Source of the DNA: the human T2T-CHM13v2.0 reference genome, Homo sapiens
DNA: 64,000 bases
Direction: 5' to 3' (one strand)
Assembly: GCF_009914755.1 (NCBI RefSeq)
Contig: NC_060930.1
In this document: piece after piece, positions 43,216 through 59,634 of the stretch
How the letters are laid out: the number at the start of each line of letters is the position of its first letter
How positions within the stretch are numbered: the stretch's first letter is position 1
Notes under the pieces: generated by a model
Seen by the model: the letters and a program-made list of their open reading frames with translations, nothing else
The model's database searches: none
Told to the model about the DNA's origin: nothing
Position numbers and translations under genes: made by a program

Positions 43216-44115
43216 TTAATTGACCACTTTAAAGGGATCAAATACATTGGATGATTGCCTATATTATCAGACTTTATGGGGCTGTCTATTGACCCAAGGA
43301 TTCTGACATATCTCAGTGTGGCTTCAGCACTCTTCAGGGACTCACAAGCCTTCTGGAGAAAGACTTATCCTTAAGGAGAAGGAAATCAGTGTTCAGAGCT
43401 TGGCGAAAGAAAAACTCCTTAGATTTAAAGGAAGGTGCAGTTATGAATACAGCCCCTCTCTCTAATTGTCCTCCAAAGAGCTCTCAAGAACAGACTTTCT
43501 TGAGACCTAAAGAGAACAGGGCCTTGAATAAAATTGACATCTTTATGAAAATCCTGGGGAGGTACTGAGACACAGCTGTCTTCAGATCATGTAAATGGGG
43601 CAGATCCATTGCCCCTCTGAAACAATGGCTCCAAACGTCCTTGGGTAATGAACAAGAAGAATCACAGAGACCATCTGGCTGGCGGAATCTTAGAAGAAGC
43701 ATATTATGAGAGTCAAGAAATATTTGAGGGTTTCTTACATCGTTTGTGAACTCCAAAATTACAATAACGTCCTCCACCATCTTGCACATATTTCATCGTC
43801 ATCTCAATAGACACTGTGACTATGAAAGGCACAGGACAGGTGCTTACAGATATCATGAGCATATAATTTATCACCCAACCCAGGAAATTTCTGAAGTTGT
43901 AAAAAAGATGCTATCAAGAATGATTCCAGGACGGCAGGTGTAAGCCAGGACTGACAAAGGGATGTCAGTACACAGGATCACCCCATGAATCTACAGGCTG
44001 CAGAGAGAAAGCTTTAATCTTTAACTTTAGCCTTTTGTTCTCATCAGTTTTTTTTTTAATCCTCTCAGCTCTTGCTCTTGTATGCATATCTTTAGTCAAA
44101 GAAAATATGCAGGCT

Positions 44116-44430
<315 letters not shown>

Positions 44431-44499
44431 CTAGACATCTTAACCTGCCAAACTAGAAAATCCCTAAATAGTAGTCCTATATACATACATTATTTTTAT

Positions 44500-44798
44500 T
44501 TTTTAAAATTTTTTATTCTTATTTTTTGAGACAGGGTCTTGCTCTGTCACCCAGTTTGGAGTGCAGTGACACAATCTCGGCTCACCACAGCTTTGACCTC
44601 CTGGGCTGAAGCCATCCTTCTGCCGCAGCACCCCCAAGTAGCTGAGACTACAGGTGCACACCACCATGCCTGGCTAGTTGTAGAGACGGGGTTTCGCCAT
44701 GTTACCCAGGCTGGTCTCAAACTCCTGGACTCAAGCAGTCCACCTGCCTCAGCCTCCCAAAGTGCTGAGATTACAGGCATAAGCCACTGCACCCAGCC
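44500..44798 (-). mobile_element. AluJ
   Basis: Diverged dimer lacking the central linker. Confidence 0.9.
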
Positions 44799-44955
44799 TG
44801 AAAAAACAAACAAACAAACAAACAAAAAACAGTTCTTAAACGCAAGGCACCATCCTAGATGTTGAGGAACATGTCACTTGGCTCTTGGAGCTTGCACTCA
44901 GGGAGGCAGATGATGACTAGGTGGCAAATAAATCATTGAAGAGGTGCCTGATTAA

Positions 44956-45293
<338 letters not shown>

Positions 45294-46699
45294 TGGAAAA
45301 GCTTACTTTTAAAAAGAAAGGTCAGGAAAGACATTTCTGAGAAGGTGACATTTGAGAATGTGACATTTGACCTGACTGCAGGACAGCACTGACCAGTCTG
45401 ACAAACCCCTTCCACAGGCCTACAGTAGTTTTGTTTCCAGCCCTACACCACTTTTCCTGTTTCCTCCCTGCTTTCTTAGATCTCATGGAGTGATGGCAGT
45501 AGAAGTGACCCTTCAATGGTTTCCTCATGAGATGGAGTGAATACAGACAAAAACAAAAGAGCTTTCCGTTGCAGGCTTAGGAAAACCTTGGGGAATAGAA
45601 TTATCACTACCAATCAGCATTGAGCAGCCATAGGGGTGCCTGGAATGAGATGCGCCTGAGTTTGCTTTTAATCATCTACAAAATTATCATGATCTTCCAG
45701 GAGTCCTTCGCTTTGAGATCAGTAAAGGAAATTTATACTCAGAGAAAGAGGGAGGACAGACTGTCCTGACCTGGACTTAAGTGATCACAGTATTCTCTCA
45801 ACTTTGAGTTCATGTTTACACTGAAGCCAGTGTGTCTCTGACCCCATAAGACTCCTAGCACTATTCCTAGCCTCCGTTGGCCACAGGTCCCACTGACAGA
45901 TACGTTCTTGTGGTAAGATATTCCTAGTGGTCAATATGATTCCTCCCGCAGGCATATTACATTGCAGTTTCTTATCCCACTGTTCATGGCTAATTAGAAT
46001 AATCAATGTCTCTCTCTTCCAAATGTTAGCCACATGGGGTCAAGTCAGCATCAAGCTAGTTTTTTATCACAAATTTTCCATATTCCTCTTTTCTTCCACA
46101 TACCAGGTCAAGATTGCTACACCCCTCTCAACTTTTTCCAACATGTGAATTTTGGAAACGTAACAAGAAGGAAGAGTGAATAGACTTTTCAACTGGGGAC
46201 CAGCAAGAGCCAAAGGAAATGGAATAATGAAGCATGTTCTGCTATTGAGCCTGGGTCTGTGACCATGTCCAAATGAGGCTTTTGCTTTTTATAGGATGCA
46301 GATCATATCATTCACTCATGCTCCATAAGACCCTAAGATTTATCCATGAGACTTATCCATAATATTTGCCCCAAAAGATTTATCCATAATAGACTATTCT
46401 ACTCCCCACTTTCTCACTCACTCTTTCCCCCTTTCTCTCTGTGAACCTTCTACTCAAAGCCAGGTTTTCATAAGGGCACATTTATGAGGCTATTGTTCAC
46501 AGATGATTTACCCAATTTTTCTTTATTAATTCTCCTTTGATTGCTTTCAGATGTTGTCTCCTATTTTTCCAGATAGGTAATATGTTTTTCAATCCTCATC
46601 CACACAGTAAAATATTGTCATTTGCCATATTATTTGGATCCTCAATAGATTTTTTTCAGGTATATTTACTACTACTTGACATCCAGGCAATACCCAATA

Positions 46700-46865
46700 A
46701 TAATAGTAAACTCTTAAATAGTATTTACTGTCTTCCAGGCACTGTTTTGAGCACTTTACATTTATTAGCTCATCAGATTCCCCAACAGCCTTGTGAAGTA
46801 CGTGGTGTTATAACAATTTACAGATGAAGAAACTGAAGCACAGAGAAGTCAAGTAAGTTGCCCAG
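46700..46865 (-). mobile_element. MIR
   Basis: ccaggcactgttttgagcactttaca...tttacagatgaagaaactgaagcacagagaagtcaagtaagttgccca. Confidence 0.85.
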
Positions 46866-47012
46866 TGTAAATCCCATACAGGTCTATTGTGTTTGTTCCT
46901 TGGCACTCAAACTTAGTAAAATTGCGTAATGTTTTTGTCTGTGTTAATTTATCAAATTCCTATGTATCTCTTTTCTGAAACAGAAGAAATAGGTCAGTTC
47001 AAAATAATCATT

Positions 47013-47380
<368 letters not shown>

Positions 47381-47569
47381 TTAAATTGGATTGGTTGTAG
47401 CTCTGCTCTTCCAGGAGAATGGATGGGTAGCTCCCTTGTAGGGAAATGACTCTGATTAGCTTTCCAGGCCACTGAGCTAACTCATTAACATTTAGGATAT
47501 TTTTTCTGTCCCAATTCTATAGCTTGGCAAAGTGCACTTTTCATGACCTGCCTCCAGCTTCCTTCCTTC

Positions 47570-48771
<1,202 letters not shown>

Positions 48772-48869
48772 CAGCAGTCCCCTGCCCCATTTTCCCACCC
48801 CCAAGTCTTAGCTACTTTCAACTCTTAATTGTGTCTTCTCCATATTTCTAAACAATATGTTTGTTAAAT

Positions 48870-49230
48870 GAATTAGGATTATGTTCATTTGCAAGTAACA
48901 GAAACCCTTCTACAGTGACTTAAACAAGTAAAGAGTGTATTTGTCACACACAAAAAGAAACCCAGGCATGAATCCCAACAGGGCCTTCAGAAGCCAAGCT
49001 CCTTTCACCTTTCTATGATGCCATTCTTGGCTTGTGACATTCATTGGCATGGTCACAAGGTGGCTGCTGTATCTCCAGGCATTGTGTCCACATCCCAGGA
49101 AAAACACAATGGGGAAGGACAAAGGCATCTTTCCTAGAAAAGCTCTGTTTTTAGTTTGAAAAGGAATACCCACTGCAAAAACTCCTGCCTGTGCCTTCTT
49201 TAGTCTTTTCAAGATTGCAAGTTGTTGGGG
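48870..49230 (-). mobile_element. Old MaLR LTR fragment (MLT1-like)
   Basis: gcaagtaacagaaaccc...acagtgacttaaacaa...catggtcacaaggtggctgct. Confidence 0.55.
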
Positions 49231-50479
49231 CTTGTGGGTGGGGTGGGGGTGGGAGGAAGAGTTTTCTGCTCCTTTGTATAGCGTCTCTATTTCCTCCAAA
49301 TTCTTTTTTTCTGTTTGTTCATGTCTTTGCCATTTGTTTCTTACTGATCTGTCTCTAATGTTCAAAACTTTCCCCGAAGTCTTGTGATCTTTGCCTCCTC
49401 ACTCACGTTTAAGAGTAAATCTCAGACAAAGTGGTTGGAATTACTACGTGCTTGGACAGGACATGTGGACAGAGGTTTTCACTGCAGGGAGAATAAGTGT
49501 ACCGTTTTACTGGACATACACTGTTGTCAGTATCTGTAGGCCTTTCACTTGGGCTGCTCAGTCTCCCCAGAGAGAACTCCTCCAGTATCCCGCTGGTGAC
49601 CTAGGAGTCTGGTTGACATCGTCCTAAACAATGAGTGGGGAAGGGTTTAGGGGATCTCACCATTAGCAGATCTCTCACCTTAACTGTGTCTGGCGTCCCT
49701 GAGTCCAGAGTTCTTGTGGTCCAGTCTCTTCACAGAGAACCACAGTCTTCTGCCAGGAGAAGGAAGGGATAACTATCTGACCACACTGGACCAAGGGACC
49801 CACTTACTTCTGCAGACTTTCAACCAGTCCCCCAGCTTCAGCCCCACCTGCGTCTTCAGAGGATCCTGGGTCTCTGGGTCCTGAGCCTCTCCAGGCCCTG
49901 CTGCATGGGCAGCTTTCGCCTGGGCTTCCTTCCCCGCTGCTATATCTGCTCTGCTAGGTCACTTTGCACTCATCCAGAGGTTTTCTGGCTTCCAGAATAT
50001 CTCAGCTTCCTCTCTACTCCTGCTTTCTCATTTGCAATTTAAAGCTTTTCAAAATCGCTATGTGGTTGTTTGAATGGGAATTCCAGAGAAAGGAGAGGTG
50101 CATCCACTAAGTTTATCCAGAAGTCACTTTTTCCATATCATGAATGCAGTCATCGCTCGAGGACCAGTGCAAATGTCTGCTCCTCTGTGAAGCTGTCACC
50201 AAATTTCTTTCCATCCTTCTCCACCCTAAAATTAATCCCTTCCTCTCTTACATTTCCACAGCACTCAGCACAATTCTCCCGTCCTCCCTCTGATCACATC
50301 ACATCACATCAGGATTGGGGATGTTAGCCCCCAGCTAGAGAACAACCTCGTAAAGGCAAACACATTTTAGCAGTCATCTTTGTATCCCTACCTCCTGCCT
50401 GCGTGCTTGACCTAAGTAACTTCTTAACTTTCTGTTTTTTATAAATTAAAAAACGCTGATATAAAAAATAATGGACTAG

Positions 50480-50788
<309 letters not shown>

Positions 50789-51373
50789 TCAGGATTTCAA
50801 TCCCAGCTGCTGTGCTGAGAGTTATTATCACTTTGTGTGCATTCTCCTGGTTCAAAGCCAGTGCTCAGTAAATGATATTATTCTTATTGTCAGTCTCTCT
50901 AAATGGCGCAAATGTCCGTTTCTCATAGTAAGTATAATAAGACAGACAACACACTTACCAGGAAGGGGAATTCTAAGATTAGGAAGACACAGCAGGTAGC
51001 TTTCAGCCAATATCTCAAGAATAGAATAGGAAAAATTCTGGCATCAGAGCTGGCTTGAGCCCTAAGATGGCCAGTTATTTTTATTTTTCAACAGCTTTCT
51101 GTGTTGTAAATTAAAAGTAATGTTCACTTTTAGTCAGTAGGTTTTTCTTTAGCCTAAATTACAGTCTTTTAATTAAAAGTATTAGCATGCCTTCCTTAAA
51201 ATTATTACTAGTTAGTGACTTCAGTTATAAGAAATTTTATGTAATTATTTCTATGACACACTAGTCTTGTGGATGGCCTCATTTTACAAAAGAAATACAA
51301 AAGGCAAAAGCGGTACCTCAGTGGCCAGGATGTACAGAAACAGACATGCCCAGCCTCTCGATGCAAATTCTTT

Positions 51374-51389
51374 CCTCTAGGTGGCACTG
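51374..51389 (+). promoter_or_regulatory. Candidate CTCF site
   Basis: CCTCTAGGTGGCACTG matches the CTCF core in apparently unique sequence; motif match only. Confidence 0.4.
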
Positions 51390-51636
51390 GGGTACGATTG
51401 TATTCTAGGAGCTATATCTCATATTTTTAGTAATGGGGTTCATGAGCACTTGTTATTAAACTGAACAATCACACTCATTTACAAGTGATAAGGACCAGAA
51501 CTGATATCAACTGATTAAATATTGTGCTTACCCTAAAAACCATTCCAGGAAAACGATATGAAGTGATTTGAGACTCGTTGGTTCCAGTTTTATATGCCAT
51601 AATACTCTCAATTCACTTCCACTATAATTGAGCTCA

Positions 51637-51967
<331 letters not shown>

Positions 51968-52804
51968 TCACTGAAGTTTCACCAGCTATTACAATGCCAT
52001 AAAATGACGGATCGCTTAGCCCACACTCTCTGAGGATAATGTTTGGACTTCCAGTTGAGATCCCTCATCCGCATTCTTTCTTCTTCAAATGCATAGAAAT
52101 CTGGGTAAAGTTAGTTATTCACTAGTATATACCCAAGCTCAGAAGCAAGAAAGAGAAAGTGCTAGAAGAAAGAGAAAAGAAGGAACCTTACAGAGTGGGC
52201 AGGTTGGAGGAAATCTCCAGCTGGCCTGTAAGGGAGGAAGCAGAGGCAGATGGAGAAACACCCTGGGGCAGGCCACCCAAAGGCAGAAACTGAGGATGAA
52301 AGAGCCAAGGAGTGCAAGCTCCTGAAGTGGGCCTGGCCCAGGGTGGGGAATTACTGTTACTACTTCAGCAAGAAGAAAATTTAGCCCAGAAGGGAGAAGA
52401 GTGCATGAAGCAATGAGCTTAAAACAAACAACAGAAAACTTGGAAACTCTAAATAAACACCTATCTCAAATATAAAAATAACAACTCCTTTTGAGATTAC
52501 AAACAAATGTGGAACTAAAATAATAGATAACAACATGGAAGATGATAAGTGGATTCAAAGGGAAGTTACAGCATTCTAAGGTCGCTGTTCATGAGTAGGA
52601 TAAAGATATTTATTAACCTTAGACTTTGTTAGAAAAATAAAAATTATATATATGTGAATAGAAATAGAACTTATATTAATAATTTCTAAATCCACAGAAG
52701 AATAAGGGAAACTTTTTATAAAAAGAAAGGAAAGAGAAAGAGAGAGAAAAAAAGAAAAAGCTCTTTTAGTTCAATAGAATGCAGTAAAGAAAAAATAAGA
52801 ACTT

Positions 52805-53114
52805 GGCCAGCATGGTGGCTCATGAATCTCAGTACTTTGAGAGGCTAAGGCAGGAGGATTGCTTGAGCCCAGGAGTTCAAGACCAGCCTGGGCAACACGG
52901 CGAAACTCTGTCTCTACAAAAGATAAAAAAAAATTAGCTGGGCATGGTGGTGCTTGCCTGTGGTCCCAGCTACTCAGGAGGCTGAGGCGGGAGGATCACT
53001 TGAGCCCAGAAGGTTGAGGCTGCAGTGAGCTGTGTTCACGCCACTACCTTTCAGCATGGGTGACAGAGCAAAATGCAATCTCAAAAAAAAAAAAAAAAAA
53101 AGAAAGAAAGAAAG
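52805..53114 (+). mobile_element. AluJ
   Basis: Dimer; TSD aataagaac. Confidence 0.92.
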
Positions 53115-53980
53115 AATAAGAACCAAAGAAAAACATAGTTGACACAAAATAAAATGATAGAAAGAAGTCCAAATGCATAGTAATTATAGTAAACATAAAT
53201 ATATTTTGACTCACTAGTTAAAAGACAGAAACTCCCAGAGGTTTTTTATAGAATATCTAGGCTTTTTATTCAAAAACTGGGCATAAAAATTTGAAAATAA
53301 GGCCAATTTAATAGTATTAATTTAGTCAAATAGAATTAAGGCCAACAATACTAATAAAGATAAAAAGGGAGCTAATAATAAAAAGAAAACATAACTAATA
53401 AGATGTAGAAATCATAAATTTGCTTCACCTAACAAAATACCCTTGAAATACATACGCCAAAAATTACCAGAATGTAAAGTACAAATTGACAAATACACAA
53501 TCATAGTGGTTTTTTTCAACACATCTCCATCAGAAACTGTTCCATTAAGCATGATAAGAGTGCAAATGATTCAAGCAATACAATCAATAGCTTGATATAC
53601 ATCCCAATAAATACAACATACAGTCTTTTGTGAAAGCAATTCTCAATGCAGTTCAAAAAAAATTATATCACATAAACCAGGTTCTGTAATTGCAATAACA
53701 TTACAAACAATAGTAGTTTTTTAACTGAAAAAATAAAAATACCTTTAGAAATTAAAAGGCAGATTTCTAAAATAATTTATGGTTTAAGGAAAAGCTCACA
53801 TGAAAGTTACAAATATTTAGTACTAACAACAAAAATGTAAGATATCAACATTTATTTGATGCCACTAAACCAGGAAGCATATTTTAGGAAACAAAAAAGC
53901 CAAAACAATGAGATAAAAATCTTCAATCAAAAAGCTAGAGAAGTCACAAACTGAAAAAAATATTTGAAAATCACATATAT

Positions 53981-54297
<317 letters not shown>

Positions 54298-54509
54298 TCA
54301 CATATATGATCAAGTATTTACATCTAGAAAATATAAAGGACTCTCAACACTCAATAATAAGAAAACAAACAACCCAGTGAAAACACTTGGGCAAAGTTGA
54401 ACAAATGCCTTACCAAACAGGATACACAGACAGCAAATCAGCATGTGAAAAGATGCTCAACATCTTTGATGCTGTTTTAATTAGCATACCTAATTAAAAC
54501 TATAATGAG

Positions 54510-54723
54510 AGCCTGGGCAAATGGCAAAACCCCATCTCTACAAAAAAATACAAAAATTAGCTGGGCATGGTGGCACACGCTGTAGTCCCAGCTACTCAGG
54601 AGGCTGAGGTAGGATTGTTTGAGCCTAGGAGGTCAAGGCTGCAGTGAGCAGAGATTGTGGCACTGCACTCTGGCCTAGGGGACAGAGTGAGACCCCCATC
54701 TCCAAAAAAAAAAAAAAAAAAAA
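54510..54723 (+). mobile_element. 5'-truncated AluJ
   Basis: TSD ctataatga. Confidence 0.88.
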
Positions 54724-54977
54724 GCCTATAATGACATGTCACTATATACTAAATTAAAAGAATTGATCATTCATAGTGTTGGTGATATGTGAACAAGTGT
54801 TGGCAGAAGGTTTCTTTAGGAGTCATTCCATGACTAGATATTTATTTATCCAAGAGAAATTAAAACATATGTCCAAACAAAACTTGTACATAAATGTTCA
54901 TATCACCTTTCTTTATAATAACTAAAAATCTAGTGAATGAGAAAAAAATATTTTCAGCCCACGAAAGTTTGTAGTTA

Positions 54978-55252
54978 GGCCAGGTGCAGTGGCTCACGCC
55001 TATGATCCCCACACTTTGAGAGGCCAAGGCGGGCAGAACACTTGAGACCAGGAGTTCGAGACCAGCCTGGCCAACATAGTGAAACCCCATCTCTACTAAA
55101 AATACAAAAATTAGCCAGGTGTGGTGGCACACACCTGTAAACCCAGCTACTCAGGAAGCCGAGGCCAAAGAATCGCTTGAACCCGGGAGCCAAGACCATG
55201 CCACTGCACTCCAGCCTGGGCCTCAGAGCAAGACTCTGTTTCAAAAAAAAAA
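54978..55252 (+). mobile_element. AluS with internal deletion
   Basis: TSD aaagtttg(t/c)agtt. Confidence 0.92.
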
Positions 55253-55608
55253 AGTTTGCAGTTGGGACAGACTTTTGTAACCAAAGACAGATTAACAAGA
55301 GAAAAAGAAATTACTAATGTGCGCAGTGCCTCAGTGGAAAGTGACTTAGGCAGTAGTTTAGGTGTGTGGCTTATATAGTATATCTAACAAAAAAACAATA
55401 CATTTTAGAAAAGTGACAAAACAAAATAGAACAGTCCCAGGCTTCCAAAGGCAGGAAACTGTGGGAAGGTAAATATAGGAGAGGACAATAATGGAGTAAA
55501 GTCTGTTCACAGGTTTCTCTAGCGCCATATCTGAGCTAATAAGGGTTTATCTAATAAAGGAGAATGTACATCCTATCTTTAGGCAGAAAAGTTGGGGAAG
55601 GGGAATAG

Positions 55609-55944
<336 letters not shown>

Positions 55945-56282
55945 TCTGTCCTGCTTTTAAGCAGAGAGAAAGCAGAGAACTGTCCTGCATCTTAATTGTC
56001 TTTAGCTCAACCATCTTTTATATTTTGGAGAGTTATATCCTGGTCTCTCACACCATAAACAACCCTAATGTCCATCAGTAAATGGATCAACAAACTGTGG
56101 TACATCCATACAATGGAATACTGCTATGCAGTGAAGAGGAATGAATTCCTGATACACACAACAGCATGGAGGAATTTCAAAATAATTATGCCAAGCAAAA
56201 TAATCTATACAAAAAGAAATGCCTACTGTATGATTCCACTGATACAAGTTCTAGAAAATACAACCTGCACAGTGATGGAAAA

Positions 56283-56924
56283 TGCTGGAACTCAGAGAAT
56301 GATATCCAAAGTATGACACTTTGACATGCTGAGTGCTTTGAACTAAAGAAGCAGCCTCAGAACCAAGGTCTCTCTGACCTTTCTCCACCCTGCTGTCTAT
56401 CCTCTTTCTCTCTCAAAGTATGAGAAGGGGCTCTCTCTGAAGTTTTCTTTCTCTGACTAAGGGAAGTTCCTCCAGAAGGAGTGCCATTGTCATGAATTCC
56501 TTCCCTGAAATCTGCATTAACCAGAGAAGTTGAACTTGTATTGCAGGAGAGGAGGCAAAAGGTCTCCATCCAGGTCACATGCCCAGACTCTTCACCTATT
56601 TTTCTGAAGGCGGCTACCTGAGAGATTGCCTGCATAATAAGACAGCCTTTGTTTGCAGTGTAGTTCCTCCCCCTATTCTCCCATAGCTTGTCACCATCGC
56701 TCTCCAGGAGCCTCCAAGCCCCATTTCTTTCTGTATCTCAAAATGCTATTTAAGCTTCAACCATCTGGCCCATTTTTGAGTCTAATATTCTGTGTGGTTG
56801 CTGTGCACATGTGCACATAATAAACTTGTATGCCTTTTCTCCTGTTTGTCTACTGTCAGTTGATTCCAGAGACTTAAATTATTGAACCTTTAGAGAATGG
56901 AAGGAAAGGTCCCTCCACCACTAT
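56283..56924 (+). mobile_element. MER39/MER31-like ERV1 solo LTR
   Basis: tgctggaactcagagaatgat...tatgacactttgacatgctgag start; AATAAA near 56819; flanks gaaa. Confidence 0.7.
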
Positions 56925-57497
56925 GAAAGCAAATCATCAGTTGCTGGGATCTGGAGTTGGGAGAGGCAGAAGGAAGGGATTGCCAGGGGCATGAAGAAAC
57001 TTTCAGGGGTGATGATGCGGTTGTGATTGTGGGGATGGTTTCATGGGTATATAAATCAAAACTTATGAAACTGTAAACTAAATATGTGCAATGTATTGTA
57101 TAATTAACAATTATACAATATGTGCAATGTGTAACTGACAAATTATACCTCAATGAAACTTGTTTGAAAAAACAGCTTGGTGTCTGTGCAAGTGTTGATT
57201 AAAAAAAGATCAGTGAATCAGAACAGTGAGCCCATAAATTGATCTGTATATGTATAAATATAAATATATAATGTATATGTTATATATAAATATACATATA
57301 TGTATATTTAGAAACTTGGTATAGGAGAAAGATGGTATTACCGACAGTGGAGAACTGATGAATCATTCAAGTAGTGGTATTAAGGCAGCTGGCTTTTCTT
57401 ATTGAAAAGTTAAAGTAGATGCATACTTCCAAAATAAATACCAGGTTGATCAAATACTCAAATGTGGAAAGAAGAGGTTAAAATTATCAGTAAAGAT

Positions 57498-57808
57498 GAG
57501 GAGCAATGACGCATGCCTGTAACCCCAGCATTTTGGGAGGCCAAGGCAGGAGTATCACTTGATACTCGTGGCTGGCCATGAGTTCAAGACCAGCCTGGGA
57601 AACATAGCAAGACTCTGTCTCTACAAAAAACAAACAAACAAAATTAACTGGGTGTGGTGCTGCATGCCTATAGACCCAAGTTACTCAGGAGGCTGAGGAG
57701 GGAGGATCCCTTGATCCTAGGAGTTCAAGGTTGCAGTGGACTATGATCACACCACTGCCCTCCAGTCTGGGCAATAGAGAAAGACCCTGTCTTAAAAATA
57801 AAAAATAA
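57498..57808 (+). mobile_element. AluJ (diverged)
   Basis: Dimer with a short insertion in the left arm. Confidence 0.88.
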
Positions 57809-58734
57809 ACATGTTCGTGACTAATCCTTTTCCCCAGGCCAATGCAGAGTGAATGTTTAGGGGAAAAAATCTAAGTTGGCAAGTTTCTCACTTTTCTGCA
57901 GTTTTTGTTCTCTCTTTAGTTTTCCTTTGGGACTTTCAGGATTAGTTGATCCAGAAGGCAAACAAAAGGATTTCGATAGAAGATAATATAACTGATTCCC
58001 AGGAAATAGGACAGAGACATGCATCAGAGTTTCAGCTGGCCTTGACTTTCAGCTGAGAGCCTCTTGAGCACCGGCAGGTGACAAAAGCACAGGGATGAGT
58101 TGGTGTCATCTTACTCCCACACCACCTCCTTCTTTCCTGCAGAAGCACTTTTCTGCACCTGGGGGAGCAGGACCACTAAGTCTCCGTTAATAGAAGGACT
58201 CACATGCCCTGAGGTCACATTTCTGATTTATTGCAGTGCCCTCTATGAATCAGATCCCTGCTGGGCTGGCCTGCCCATAATTCAACTCTTATTTTAAAAA
58301 CTTACAAATCAATAATACAAAGAAAAACTGCCCAATAAAAATATGCCAGGCAATAAATGGGCAAACTTCTTGATTTTCTTTTAGCCAGAACCTCCCAACA
58401 CAGCCAAGTGCAAGCAGCAGGGTAGCCAGAACAAGGCATCTGGAAGCACCTCAGTTGTCACGTGCAAACTAAAGGAGAGGCCTCCTCTGGGTGGATAAGG
58501 TTCAGGGCTGGACTCCACAGCAGCTGAGCTCAGCACCACTCACCCTCTCTGCCAGGTGCCAGGTGCCTTTTGGCCATGCAGAAACGTCATCATTTTCCAT
58601 TGTATCCCTGGTCAGAATCCCTCTTCCTCAGCTTACAGACCATTCATTAGCCCAGTTTTTCTCATTTGCCACCCTTCTCTCAAGAAGCTTTTTAGACATT
58701 TTTTTCCTAATCACTCCCTCCCATAAAGTGGTAA

Positions 58735-59337
58735 TGATACAAGAGATAGAAATTATTTAGGCAGATAGTGAGGGCAAAATAGTCCTCAGCAAAACTTCCC
58801 TTCTTACGAAAAAGCAGCCCAGGAAATCATTTTCCTCTTACAAAGAGCAGCCAGAAAGATCGAGCTCCAAACATAGATACGGAAGCTGGTAGCTTGCACG
58901 GGGGAATGCCAGCAGCTGCGCCAATAGAAAAAAAACTACCTGGGGCCAGGCATGTCCACTGTGGAAGCTCCACCTTCCCTTTTTTGTTAGCATGTGTACA
59001 GTAAGGAAGAAATGGGCAACATAGAGAAGCTCAGGCAGAGAACCCACCTGCATAACAAAAGATTGGGGTGGGGGCTGCCAGAGATTCATACCCTATGTAG
59101 TTGGCACATCTGGTTCTAGCCACCTCCCCACTAGCTCATCTATAAAAACCCCTGTATTTCCCTGAGGATCAGCAACCAATTTTTTCCCAGACCCCTCTCT
59201 GTAGCAGAGAGCTAGTCACTTTCTTTCACCTATTAAATTTCCACTTTTAACCTCACCCTTTGTGTGTCTGCATCCTTGATCTCCATGGCCATGAGAAAAC
59301 AAACCTCGGATGTTGCCCAGACAATGAGGCTGCTTCA
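58735..59337 (+). mobile_element. Intact ERV1 solo LTR (MER61-like)
   Basis: TG...CA ends, 4-bp TSD gtaa (58731-58734 and 59338-59341), TATAAAA at 59141, ATTAAA near 59232. Confidence 0.85.
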
Positions 59338-59535
59338 GTAATACACAGATATACTGCATATTGGTCATGGACTGAAGGACTTTAGAGGGCCATAAACCAT
59401 TGGCATTTCCAAGATTTTTTGCCCCAACTTTTGAATAAACTTTTGCCCCCATAGGGTGATGTCACCCTGTTGAGAGTTCATGCATTAGCTGTTAGCTGTG
59501 GAGCCTGTCCTCTGTCACTGGAGGAATCCACTCAC

Positions 59536-59634
59536 CTGCAGTGAGGTTGAACACAGCCTTCACACTGATGGCACTAAGACAACTAGCTGGTACGCTCCAA
59601 GACCAGGCACCCAGTAACGGTCCTCTGGTACCAC
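59536..59634 (-). other. Candidate minus-strand exon (99 nt)
   Basis: Minus-strand acceptor ttcctgctgcctgcag| and donor CAG|GTGAGT. Confidence 0.35.
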
